Source of the DNA: Candidatus Omnitrophota bacterium
GTDB taxonomy: Bacteria; Omnitrophota; Gorgyraeia; Zapsychrales; Zapsychraceae
Assembly (NCBI GenBank): GCA_050250375.1
Contig: JBFWOS010000003.1
Location: 273,284-337,283, forward strand
Direction of reading: 5' to 3'
DNA length: 64,000 nucleotides
This document shows, piece after piece, positions 1 through 8,909 of this stretch; position 1 is the stretch's first letter; every line of letters starts with the position of its first letter. Both the position numbers and the translations under genes were made by a program. Under the pieces are notes generated by a model that was not told where the DNA came from, searched no databases, and saw only the letters and a program-made list of their open reading frames with translations.

Positions 1-938
1 ATCCCGACTTTTATGGCGCTGATTGCACGCATCAATTTTCTCAAGATTTCTTCCGTCTGTTTAGTCCGGATTAAAATCAGCCGTCTGGCGCAGGTGCAGC
101 GCTGGCCTGAAGTGATAAATGCAGACTGAAGGATCGTGTAACAGGCCGCTTTAATATCGGGAACATCCGAGACGATCAACGGATTGTTTCCTCCCATTTC
201 CAAAGCGAGGATCTTTTCAGGTCTTCCACCGAATGCGTGATGAATCGCCTGCCCCGTTTCAAAACTCCCGGTAAAAAATATTCCGTGAATGTCTTCGTGC
301 CCGCATAAGTCACGGCCGGTCTCTTTCCCTCCCTGGACAAGATTGATCACACCGGACGGGATCCCAGTCTTTTCCCATAACCGCATATACCGCTGTCCGG
401 TTAACGGCGTCAATTCGCTCGGCTTAAAGACACACGTATTCCCGGCTAACAGCGCCGGGACAATATGACCGTTAGGCAAATGCCCCGGCAAATTAAACGG
501 ACCAAGGACTCCAACGACACCATGGGGTTTGAAATAAGTGTGCGTCGTTTCATCTTCCCGGTTGATGTTCAATTCCAGGCACCGGTCACGATAGGCCTGG
601 ATGGATATCGGAACTTTATTCAGCATCGCGTTGATCTCCGTCATGGATTCCCACAACGGTTTGCCAGTCTCCCGGCTGATGGTCTGCGCGAAACTATCTT
701 TTTCTTCTTTCAGGACAATAACAAATTTATTCAGATAAACAATCCTCTGGTCAAGGGACAACATCGCCCAGCCCCGAAACGCTTCTCTCGCCGATAAGAC
801 GGCAGAACCGACCTGATCCGTGTCAGCCGAAGAAAATTGCGCCAGCAATTCATCCGTAGCCGGATTGACCGACATTACCGGACTCCCGTTGCCGCCTATC
901 CATTGGCCGTTAATAAATAGATCGTTTAATTCACTCAT
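1..938 (-). CDS. astD: succinylglutamate-semialdehyde dehydrogenase (AstD-like aldehyde dehydrogenase); N-terminal ~310 codons only, the gene runs off the window start
   Basis: Hand translation of the reverse strand from the ATG at 936-938 gives MSELNDLFINGQWIGGNGSPVMSVNPATDELLAQF..AREAFRGWAMLSLDQR..ISRETGKPLWESMTEINAMLNKVPISIQAY..HGVVGVLGPFNLPGH. This follows the E. coli AstD N-terminus block by block. GAGGGA lies ~8 nt upstream and the gene is immediately downstream of astA. It is absent from the ORF table because it is truncated by the window edge. Confidence 0.8.
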   Translation of the reverse strand, partial: MSELNDLFINGQWIGGNGSPVMSVNPATDELLAQFSSADTDQVGSAVLSAREAFRGWAMLSLDQRIVYLNKFVIVLKEEKDSFAQTISRETGKPLWESMTEINAMLNKVPISIQAYRDRCLELNINREDETTHTYFKPHGVVGVLGPFNLPGHLPNGHIVPALLAGNTCVFKPSELTPLTGQRYMRLWEKTGIPSGVINLVQGGKETGRDLCGHEDIHGIFFTGSFETGQAIHHAFGGRPEKILALEMGGNNPLIVSDVPDIKAACYTILQSAFITSGQRCTCARRLILIRTKQTEEILRKLMRAISAIKVG

Positions 939-949
939 CGTTCAGTCCC

Positions 950-1972
950 TCAGCCGCTGATGCTGGCAAAACGCACCTTGTCCCCTTCTTTAACTTTTAA
1001 CGCCTGCGCGATGTCTCTCTGGATCGTAATGCCTTTTCCATTCTTGATCAGTGTCCCCATGACCGCCCTGAACCGGTCAAGTCCGGTCGCATTGGCAATC
1101 AGATAAACGGATTGCCGGTTAATCGTCTGGACAATTTTAAAAACCTTCATCTCGCGGCTTTTCTTGACGGTACGAATGTTCCTGACTTTTGTTCCGACAA
1201 CCGGACCGGCTTCAAAAATGTCGATTTCATTAATAAACTTAAAATTCTCCTGGTTCAGCAGCCGCAACGCCGACTCGGTATCTTTATGGACCTGGCCGAT
1301 GGCTTTCTGGGCCGATAAAGGAAGGATCGGGATATAGATGGGATGCTCCGGAATCAAATCGGCGATAAAAGATTTATCTTCCATCACCATCAGATCGGCC
1401 TTCTTAAATTCCATTTCGAAAAAATGTTTGCAGACCGCGTTCCAGAACGGAGACCGGTCTTCATCGTCAAGAATACCCCTCATCTCGGCGATAACAAACT
1501 CCTCAAAACATTGCGGGTACTGGGCCATGAACAAAAACCGGCTCAATGATAACAGACGCCCCAGCCCCTTCTGGCGGACATCAGGACTTAAGAATAACGT
1601 TCCGATTTCACTCGGCCCGTTGTATTCTTTTTTCAGAACGAGATACTGAATCTTAATATTAACCCCTAATGTTTTTGATCGGTTTACCGCTGTTTTTAAT
1701 TCATAGGTATAAGAAGGTTCAAACCCGCCGACCTTCGACATGACGGCACAGGTCCCGACAACACGCCCGCTTTCAATATCTTCCATCACAAAAAAATAAT
1801 TTTCCCCGTTCGGTTTGGTAACGGCCTGTGAAAAATCATAAATAGATTTATCAATCCGTCGTCGCAAGAGTTTTTTATTATGTGGAAACGTGGTCAGGCC
1901 AGCCTTTGTGAGGCTGGACAATTTGTAGAGCTGCTCCAAATCCTTTTTCACGACCGGGCGTACGACATACAT
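950..1972 (-). CDS. astA: arginine N-succinyltransferase
   Basis: 340 aa. The N-terminus MYVVRPVVKKDLEQLYKLS..TLFLSPD..GLGRLLSLSRFLFMA..VIAEMRG..SPFW..IGQVH is co-linear with E. coli AstA (MMVIRPVERSDV..). Sits between a class-III aminotransferase and astD, as in astCAD. Confidence 0.85.
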   Translation of the reverse strand: MYVVRPVVKKDLEQLYKLSSLTKAGLTTFPHNKKLLRRRIDKSIYDFSQAVTKPNGENYFFVMEDIESGRVVGTCAVMSKVGGFEPSYTYELKTAVNRSKTLGVNIKIQYLVLKKEYNGPSEIGTLFLSPDVRQKGLGRLLSLSRFLFMAQYPQCFEEFVIAEMRGILDDEDRSPFWNAVCKHFFEMEFKKADLMVMEDKSFIADLIPEHPIYIPILPLSAQKAIGQVHKDTESALRLLNQENFKFINEIDIFEAGPVVGTKVRNIRTVKKSREMKVFKIVQTINRQSVYLIANATGLDRFRAVMGTLIKNGKGITIQRDIAQALKVKEGDKVRFASISG

Positions 1973-1976
1973 TGGT

Positions 1977-3356
1977 TTAGCCCTCCCTCAAGACTTGCCC
2001 GATGATCCGGGAAACATCATCAATATCTTCTTTGGTTACCGCCATCACCGGCATCAGGAATCTGACCCTGGCTGGATTAGCCCCGGCGGAAAACCCCATG
2101 ACGCCGTTGTCATAAAGCCGCATTAAAAATTCTTTGGTTTTCTGCGGACATCCGTCCTTGAACGTCATGCCGACCATGGCCCCTAAACCGAACGGCCCTT
2201 TAATCAGATCGGGGAACTGCCGGGACAGGTTTTCCAGATGGGACCGGAAATGATCAGATAGCTTTGATATCTTGCCCTCATCCCCCAAATAATTTCCGTG
2301 AAGCAGCTCCAGCAGGATGACTTTCCCGGCGTGTAAGGCCGATGTCGATGCCGTAAATGTCTGGCTCAATAATCCGGGCTTCGGGTTAAAGTCCCGGCTG
2401 AACAATGTCGCGCAGACCTGCGTCATCTTTCCGACCGTCACAACATCAACGTACGGATCAAGGCCGAAATACTGAAATGCGAATGCGTCCGTTGTCCGGC
2501 CGAAGGTCTGGATTTCGTCAATCATCACCGCCACGTTATTATTTTTTAAGACATCCATAATTGATTTAAAAAAGTCGGTCTGCCCCGGATAATATCCCCC
2601 TTCCCCCTGGATCAACTCAAAACACATCCCAGCGTATTCATTTCTATTTTTCCCGAGAAGTGAATTCAGCTGTTTTACAGCGGCCGCTGTGCTCTCTTCA
2701 GGATTGTTATGATCAAAAAATGGGATATAATCAACATTGATTGTTTGCGGAATCCCCTGACGGTATTCAGGTTTATCTGTCATTTGCGAAGTAGCGAGGC
2801 TCCTGCCGGTAAAACAATGGTTAAACGCAAGCAGTCGGTGGGCCGGTTCTTTTTTCTGAAATATAATTTTAAATGCATTCTCGTTGGCCATCGCCCCGGA
2901 GCTGGTTAGAAAACAATGCCCAAGACCGGCTCCATTCTTCTGAGCTGTTTTTAAAAGAAGCTCCATCACTTCAATGGAAGTTTGATCACATTGAAGGTTA
3001 CCCTGCATGACGGTGTCTTCAATCGCCGCGTCGATCCCGGCTCCTATTATTTTCGGGTGGCTGTGCCCCATCACGTGGACACCGATCCCGGTGATAAAAT
3101 CATACTTCACGCTCCCGTCCATCAATTCAACAAGCGCGCCCCGGCCGATACCGCTGGAAATATACGGATAAAAAAGCGGCCGTCCGCGCCATTCATTGAC
3201 CTTGTCCAGCCACTGGGCGTAACTCTTTTGCAGATTGATATCGCCTTTGCGGACCCTTTTTATTTTATTCTGATAATCAACCAAAGCATTGTGGATCAGC
3301 CGTTTGGCTTCTTTGATTCTGGGGTCATGGTTAAATTGTTCACCAATCGGTTTCAT
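1977..3356 (-). CDS. class-III (PLP-dependent) aminotransferase, putative succinylornithine transaminase analogue (AstC position) but longer and divergent
   Basis: 459 aa. Class-III motifs are present: GIGVHVMGHSHP, DEIQTFGRT, lysine-containing TVGKM. The position upstream of astA matches astC. It overlaps the upstream M20 gene by 4 nt. Confidence 0.7.
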   Translation of the reverse strand: MKPIGEQFNHDPRIKEAKRLIHNALVDYQNKIKRVRKGDINLQKSYAQWLDKVNEWRGRPLFYPYISSGIGRGALVELMDGSVKYDFITGIGVHVMGHSHPKIIGAGIDAAIEDTVMQGNLQCDQTSIEVMELLLKTAQKNGAGLGHCFLTSSGAMANENAFKIIFQKKEPAHRLLAFNHCFTGRSLATSQMTDKPEYRQGIPQTINVDYIPFFDHNNPEESTAAAVKQLNSLLGKNRNEYAGMCFELIQGEGGYYPGQTDFFKSIMDVLKNNNVAVMIDEIQTFGRTTDAFAFQYFGLDPYVDVVTVGKMTQVCATLFSRDFNPKPGLLSQTFTASTSALHAGKVILLELLHGNYLGDEGKISKLSDHFRSHLENLSRQFPDLIKGPFGLGAMVGMTFKDGCPQKTKEFLMRLYDNGVMGFSAGANPARVRFLMPVMAVTKEDIDDVSRIIGQVLREG

Positions 3357-4591
3357 AATCGTTTATCCTTATTGATCCAGCGCGAAAGAAACAGGGCCGT
3401 TAACTTGGCCCGTTGAGTAAAACTGTCTGTTAGAACGTATTCATCGTTGCTATGGATATTCCCTCCCTGGACTCCCAGGGTATCGATGGTCGGCAGGGCG
3501 GCTGCGGCCAAACGGTTTCCGTCGCACACCCCCCCGCTTTTAGTCCAGTTTAAATCAAACTGCAATTCCCTGGCGCATTCTTTGACCAGGCCGAATAATC
3601 CTTCAGTATTCTTATCAAACGGTTTTGGCGGGGCACTGAACTTTCCATAAATGTCAATTTGCACATCCCGTTCGCTTTCCACGGCCCCGGTAATTTTATC
3701 AATCTCCCGATCAAACAACGTTTGCATGTCCGGGCTGTTATAACGGACATTCAGATGCGCCATCGCAAAATCCGCCACGACATTCGCGGCTGTTCCTCCA
3801 TGCATTTTTCCGACATTGACGGTAAAATCATCTTTATTCGAAAAGATATCTTTAACTCGGGTAATCCAGAGGGCCAGGGCTTCAATGGCGTTTCTCCCTT
3901 CCTGCGGATTCCGTCCGGCGTGGGCTGATTTACCTTTAACCACCACCGTAAAGTTTCCTGAACCTTTCCGCTGCGATACAAGATCCCCGTTCGGCAGGGA
4001 AGGTTCAAAGACCAGCCCCAGATCAAACTGGGCCGCTTCTTTCATCAACATGCCGCCGGATGAGGGTGAACCGATTTCTTCATCAGTGTTAATAATCACT
4101 TTCCATCCGAATTTTTCACGGAACGCACATTGTTCAACCGCTTCCAGGGCCTTAAGCATGACGACTATACCACCCTTGGCATCTGTTATTCCCGGCCCCT
4201 TGATGGTATATTCATCCATCGTCTGGCAGGTCTGAAACGGTCCATCCGGCATATGTACAGTATCCATGTGACAGACAAAAAGGACCTGTTTCGGGGCGAC
4301 CGGACGCTTGGTCAGCGTCAATGCAGGTACAACCCCAAACGATTCGGCTTCCCCTTTTTCATTAATCATTTCGTAGGAAGGTAATTCAACCGGCCTGACC
4401 TCTTCGCCAAAAACGGAAAATGATCGTGTGATTTCTTTGGACAATTGACTAATTCCGGCCGGATTGGACCCATGTGTATTAATATCAGACCATTTCCGGG
4501 CCAACTCCACCATGGCCGTTTTTTGTCCGTCCAGCCACTTTAGGATATCCGTCATTTTTTCCATACTCACCGGCCTGTCGTTGTCTTTCAA
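3353..4591 (-). CDS. M20-family metallopeptidase (ArgE/DapE/CPG2-like amidohydrolase), first gene of the AST-like operon
   Basis: 412 aa. M20 metal-binding signature pieces: CHMDTV (H-x-D), GITDAKGG, TDEEIGS (EE), GGNIHSNDEY. The table start at 4591 is a TTG sitting inside a terminator T-run. The first ATG (MEKMTDIL..., ~4564) is the more likely start. Confidence 0.75.
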   Translation of the reverse strand: MKDNDRPVSMEKMTDILKWLDGQKTAMVELARKWSDINTHGSNPAGISQLSKEITRSFSVFGEEVRPVELPSYEMINEKGEAESFGVVPALTLTKRPVAPKQVLFVCHMDTVHMPDGPFQTCQTMDEYTIKGPGITDAKGGIVVMLKALEAVEQCAFREKFGWKVIINTDEEIGSPSSGGMLMKEAAQFDLGLVFEPSLPNGDLVSQRKGSGNFTVVVKGKSAHAGRNPQEGRNAIEALALWITRVKDIFSNKDDFTVNVGKMHGGTAANVVADFAMAHLNVRYNSPDMQTLFDREIDKITGAVESERDVQIDIYGKFSAPPKPFDKNTEGLFGLVKECARELQFDLNWTKSGGVCDGNRLAAAALPTIDTLGVQGGNIHSNDEYVLTDSFTQRAKLTALFLSRWINKDKRL

Positions 4592-4631
4592 AAAAAAGGG
4601 TGACTGTCATACATTGTTATGATCGTCACCC
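4590..4631 (-). terminator. rho-independent terminator (GGGTGAC..GTCACCC stem plus T8 on the minus strand) ending the small upstream gene
   Basis: Plus strand has A8 at 4590-4597 followed by GGGTGAC (4598-4604) ..20 nt.. GTCACCC (4625-4631). Read on the minus strand this is a hairpin then a U-tract, ~50 nt after the stop of ORF 4679-4966. Confidence 0.5.
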
Positions 4632-4678
4632 GAATGCCTTGTCAAGACACCTAAGATAGTTGTGTGTGATGAATGACT

Positions 4679-4966
4679 TTACCAAACTTCATCTTCTGGT
4701 TTATCTAAAATTTCCTTCACTAAAACAGGATTCTTTTTAATCGCAAAATAGCAGCCCGCGCAGATAGGCTTCAAGGTTTTATACGTCATAATCATAAGGT
4801 CATCCAGGTCAATGTCTTCAAATTCCTTGGTCGGATTCTTCATATATTCAAAATATTCCGCACGGATTTGGTCTGGACTTTTACAGCAAAACCAGCAGCG
4901 ATCTTCCTGTGGGTCGTTAATCTTATTCAAGTATGCTCTTAAACGATCTGAGGAACTCTCACTCAT
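4679..4966 (-). CDS. small Cys-rich hypothetical protein (CWFCC ... CAGC, possible zinc-binding)
   Basis: 95-aa ORF with its own downstream hairpin/T-run terminator. Two Cys clusters. No family recognised. Confidence 0.45.
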   Translation of the reverse strand: MSESSSDRLRAYLNKINDPQEDRCWFCCKSPDQIRAEYFEYMKNPTKEFEDIDLDDLMIMTYKTLKPICAGCYFAIKKNPVLVKEILDKPEDEVW

Positions 4967-5149
4967 GGCATGGCCCCCCTAAACCTTTAATATTAGTATA
5001 ACACTAAAAGATACGTATAATTTATAGGTCTGAACGAAAATAGAAAGGGCTTTCTGATTGATGATGTATTGTTAACGGTTAGAACAAAGCGGGTTATGCG
5101 CAGCAGGACTAATATAACAATCTATAAAACCGGCTTTCAAGAAAACGGT

Positions 5150-5875
5150 TTAAAGCCCCCCGTATTGCTGACTCCAATCATAAACTTCACTTTCCGGCTT
5201 TGCGATGATGGTGAGGACTTTGGGCCGATAATTACGCTCAACAAACAGCTTATATTCATCATCCGCTCTGAATTTGAATTGTGTATCCCGGTAATCATAT
5301 TGTGTACGAATATTGACTGAACCGATTTTCTCACCAGATACGGCTTTCAATATATCTCCGGGTAAAATCCCAGCCTTTTCAGCTGGCGACCCTTTAACCA
5401 CAAACTCAATCCTGATCCCTTCAATACCAGAGATCGAATTGTTATACCAAAAACCCAAATGTCCATATTTTTCCTTATCTAAATAAACGATCAATTCAGA
5501 CTCAATCCACATAACAGGATCTTCTTCGCGACCGGTTCCACCAGAATTTACATCACTGGAACGCATGTTAATTAGCGCATCGGCCCCATGCTTGATAGAA
5601 AATTCAGCCGTCACGTCTTGCAACATTTTCCATGTCACCCCTGCACGGGCATCACCACGGACGATCAATTTTCCCAATACAAATATTGGACGCTGATGGA
5701 TTTTTAGATCGTGGTCTTCGAGAATATTAAAATATTTTCCTTTTGGCGGGTAGGCTTGGTCCGTAAAACTCGTAAACTCTGTCCCTATTGCCCCGGTTTC
5801 TTGAGCGGACAAGCCCCCAGGGAAAAGGAAAAAACTGACCATTACTAATAACCTATAACTCAATAACTTGTTCAT
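5150..5875 (-). CDS. secreted PDZ-domain protein (hypothetical)
   Basis: 241 aa. N-terminal signal-like segment LLVMVSFFLFPGGLSAQE. C-terminal PDZ-like GSPAEKAGILPGDILKAVSGEKIGS. Confidence 0.6.
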   Translation of the reverse strand: MNKLLSYRLLVMVSFFLFPGGLSAQETGAIGTEFTSFTDQAYPPKGKYFNILEDHDLKIHQRPIFVLGKLIVRGDARAGVTWKMLQDVTAEFSIKHGADALINMRSSDVNSGGTGREEDPVMWIESELIVYLDKEKYGHLGFWYNNSISGIEGIRIEFVVKGSPAEKAGILPGDILKAVSGEKIGSVNIRTQYDYRDTQFKFRADDEYKLFVERNYRPKVLTIIAKPESEVYDWSQQYGGL

Positions 5876-5981
5876 TGAATTGAGTATACTGAATAATCAA
5901 TCAACATTCCATGACAAAACTTACGGATAAAAATCATTCATCAATTCTTGTTTTTAAAATTTCCGGTCTTAAAATAGGTAT

Positions 5982-6494
5982 ATGGGCCGATATGAAAATA
6001 TTACCAATGAGCAACTTCTTGAGTTCTCCGGTGAGCATTTATACTATGAGATCAGCATGTTGTACGGTGTCGTGGACCTGCTGAATACTAAGGAAAAAAT
6101 TGCTGACCCGTATATCATCAATGCCTTGATTGAATCTTTTGTCATCCATACACAAGTGATCCTTGATTTCTTTTACATGCCGCAGATGAAGGCTGATGAC
6201 GCCAAGGCCATCCATTACATTGATGACATAAAATTGTGGAAATCGAATCTGCCCTCTTATGACCGTTATTTCCGCAAATTTAACAGACGCCGGTCAAGGG
6301 AAGTTGTACATCTGAGTTACAGCCGTTTAGATGTAAAGGGAGAAGAAAAAACCTGGCATTTAGTTAAGACAACGGAGCATATAAAACTGGTCGTCAATGC
6401 TTTTCTTGAACATGCGAATAAGGGGCTTCTTCATCCGAAAATGTATGAATTAAAAAAAAATATTTCTGAGGATATCCTGCAGAACGACGAATAA
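5982..6494 (+). CDS. hypothetical protein (no recognisable domain)
   Basis: 170-aa ORF, the only plus-strand gene in a run of minus-strand genes, convergent with pilT. No motif recognised. Confidence 0.45.
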   Translation: MGRYENITNEQLLEFSGEHLYYEISMLYGVVDLLNTKEKIADPYIINALIESFVIHTQVILDFFYMPQMKADDAKAIHYIDDIKLWKSNLPSYDRYFRKFNRRRSREVVHLSYSRLDVKGEEKTWHLVKTTEHIKLVVNAFLEHANKGLLHPKMYELKKNISEDILQNDE

Positions 6495-6497
6495 TAA

Positions 6498-7952
6498 TTA
6501 TGTCTTAGTTTCTTCCGTAGAGAGTTTATTAATGGCTCCGGTCAGCAATTGATAATCCTGCGTTTTGACAACAAAATCATCCGCACCGGCGTTGGAAGCG
6601 TCGACGGAATAACTGGGCTGGTAGCTAGCACTGATCATGATCAGCTTAGCTTTCACATCTTTAATGCCTTTTATCTTTTTGCACGCTTCAAATCCGCTCA
6701 TATCTTTCAAGTGGGTGCTCAGAACCACCACATCCGGCTGTTCCTGCTGAATCAGGAGTTGCCCTTCTTTCAAGGTTTCTGAAAACAAGACTTCCCCTTT
6801 ATAGGTCTTCATCAAAGCATTACCCATCAGTTTGATCTCGTTGACGTTCTGGTCCAGAATGACAAACTTAAGTTTTTTATTTTTCGAGTTAAGGGCTTCT
6901 TTCAATTTCTGGCAATGCTGGTAATTGGCGTTTTCGCTGGCGGTTTCATAACTGATCAGATCGTCCTTGTACAAATTCGCCAGGCAGATTTCAAGAGAAT
7001 ACATCCCTTCCGTTTCACCGGCATCCAGCAATCCGCGTATTTCCTTAAAATCATTGCGCCGGATCAGATTTTGGACGGCCATCGTTCCAAGCATAATTTC
7101 CGTGGCCAGAATACGTTTGTTATCATCCTTGCGCGGCAGTAATGTCTGATAAATTATGGCAACGACATTCGAGGCCAATTGCGCGAGAATCTCTTCACGA
7201 AAACCCATCGGAAAAACAGAAACAATCCGGTTAAGCGTACCGATTGAGTCAGAGGCATGGATGGTCGTGATAACCAAGTGACCTGTTTCAGCCGTGGTCA
7301 ACGCGATACGCATGGACTCAAGGTCTCGCAACTCACCGATACAAACCACATCCGGGTCCTGACGCAGGGCATATTTCAGCGCGTTGGTAAAACTCTCCGT
7401 ATCTTTACCGACTTCCCGCTGGATAAAATAACTTTGTTTGGATTTATGATGATATTCAATCGGGTCTTCAATGGTGATAATCTTGCATTTCCGTTCCTGG
7501 TTGATCATGTCAATAATGCAGTTCATCGTCGTACTCTTTCCGCTGCCGGCCGTGCCGGACAAAAAGATGATACCTTTGCGCGTCTGTGCCAGTTTTTTGA
7601 CAATGGGATGCAGATTAAGCTCCTGATAAGGACGGATAAAGGCCGGCGTGATCCGAATGGCAGCGGCCATATTGCCTTCACTATAATGGATATTGACCCT
7701 TAACTGATACTTGTCCTGAAACGCATATGAAAAATCCAGTTCCTTGGTCTTGAAAAATATTCCTTTTTGTTCTTCCGAAAGCATATTCATCAGAAGATTC
7801 TGCAAAACTTCCGGGGTATAATGATCGCCCTCCATCTGGGTGAGATCCCCATGGATACGGAATATAGGCGCTTGATGCGCCAATAAATGGACGTCCGAGG
7901 CTTCCTTTTCTGTCGCGTATTCTAAGACTGAAGTAATTTCTGATATATTCAT
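6498..7952 (-). CDS. pilT: type IV pilus retraction ATPase PilT fused to a C-terminal degenerate receiver (REC-like) domain
   Basis: 484 aa. Residues ~1-350 contain the PilT/T2SSE core: Walker A GTAGSGKST, DPIEY, Asp box, TGHLV..T.H. The last ~120 aa (KLKFVILDQN..PDVVVLSTHLKDMSGFE..KLIMISAS..GADDFVVKT) follow the CheY-like fold order but have Ser at the phospho-acceptor position. Confidence 0.85.
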   Translation of the reverse strand: MNISEITSVLEYATEKEASDVHLLAHQAPIFRIHGDLTQMEGDHYTPEVLQNLLMNMLSEEQKGIFFKTKELDFSYAFQDKYQLRVNIHYSEGNMAAAIRITPAFIRPYQELNLHPIVKKLAQTRKGIIFLSGTAGSGKSTTMNCIIDMINQERKCKIITIEDPIEYHHKSKQSYFIQREVGKDTESFTNALKYALRQDPDVVCIGELRDLESMRIALTTAETGHLVITTIHASDSIGTLNRIVSVFPMGFREEILAQLASNVVAIIYQTLLPRKDDNKRILATEIMLGTMAVQNLIRRNDFKEIRGLLDAGETEGMYSLEICLANLYKDDLISYETASENANYQHCQKLKEALNSKNKKLKFVILDQNVNEIKLMGNALMKTYKGEVLFSETLKEGQLLIQQEQPDVVVLSTHLKDMSGFEACKKIKGIKDVKAKLIMISASYQPSYSVDASNAGADDFVVKTQDYQLLTGAINKLSTEETKT

Positions 7953-8033
7953 TTGTCTAACATTCCTGTTTCTTATTTTATGGGCTAATCCCGATTCCGT
8001 ACAGCATCCTTTTCAGATTTAATGACCGGGCTA

Positions 8034-8453
8034 TTATTCACTTTCTTCATGATCCAGATGATACGATTCCAGTAAAAAAGCCAGTGCCCTGCATGCGTCA
8101 ACGGTCGTAAAAATCCCGACCAACTGATCGCCTTTGACAATCATGGCGCTTCCGTAATGGTGTTTGGCCATTTCTTTGGCGACTTCATCCAAGGGAGTAT
8201 TCGGGTCGACCGAATAAGGCTGTTCGTGATAAATATATTTTACCTGAAGAGTCAATGGAGAGGCTTTGACGCTTCCCGCAGATTTTAAATCCCGGTCCGA
8301 TACTATCCCTACCACTTTATTGTTAATAACCACCGGCAAATGGCGGATATTATACTTCTTCATGATTTGCTGGGCCTCGGCAATTGATGTATGTTCATCA
8401 ATCGTGTAAGGCTGCTTGGTCATGAAATCCTTAACTCTGGGGATCATCCTCAT
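8034..8453 (-). CDS. CBS-domain pair protein
   Basis: 139 aa. Two CBS motifs (IRHLPVV..GIVSDRDL ; GSAMIV..LVGIFTTVDACRAL). A paralog lies at 22566-22979. Confidence 0.8.
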   Translation of the reverse strand: MRMIPRVKDFMTKQPYTIDEHTSIAEAQQIMKKYNIRHLPVVINNKVVGIVSDRDLKSAGSVKASPLTLQVKYIYHEQPYSVDPNTPLDEVAKEMAKHHYGSAMIVKGDQLVGIFTTVDACRALAFLLESYHLDHEESE

Positions 8454-8583
8454 ATCTCAACCTTTTCCAAACAATTGCTTTGTGGATCACAGACAACCTA
8501 CTAAGTATAAAATTAAATTTCTTAATATTCAACTGCCTTGAAAAATCTATCCGGTTGATTTCTTTTATATATGTTGACCGGGA

Positions 8584-8850
8584 TTACCCAAACAAATGCA
8601 ATAAAATGGCTATAATTGCTAATATAAATCCGTTAATGATCAGACATGTCGGGATAAAGACATCCCAATGGCGTATGGCCTGTGACATTTGTTGGGATAA
8701 TGTTAGGTTTCGAGGCCGATTAAGATCACGCTGAAGAATTTTTTCGTTGCAGTTTCCTCTCACCCACCAGATCAGGCCGATCATGATCATAAAAATACTC
8801 AAGAAAAAAACGGTATAAACAATAATCTGAACAGTTCTATGATCACCCAT
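8584..8850 (-). CDS. small hypothetical membrane protein (weak call)
   Basis: 88-aa ORF with two hydrophobic helices, same orientation as flanking genes. The competing plus-strand ORF 8480-8734 makes it ambiguous. Confidence 0.25.
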   Translation of the reverse strand: MGDHRTVQIIVYTVFFLSIFMIMIGLIWWVRGNCNEKILQRDLNRPRNLTLSQQMSQAIRHWDVFIPTCLIINGFILAIIAILLHLFG

Positions 8851-8909
8851 AACTTAAACCCCTCAGAGATACCGATAAGAACCTTTGGCGTTAAACAGGC
8901 AAAACGGGG

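Noticed and set aside
8480-8734. Plus-strand 84-aa ORF in the cbs-astE/aspA intergenic region
   Set aside because: It competes with the minus-strand 88-aa membrane ORF. Neither has strong support. I kept only the minus-strand one (same orientation as neighbours) at low confidence.
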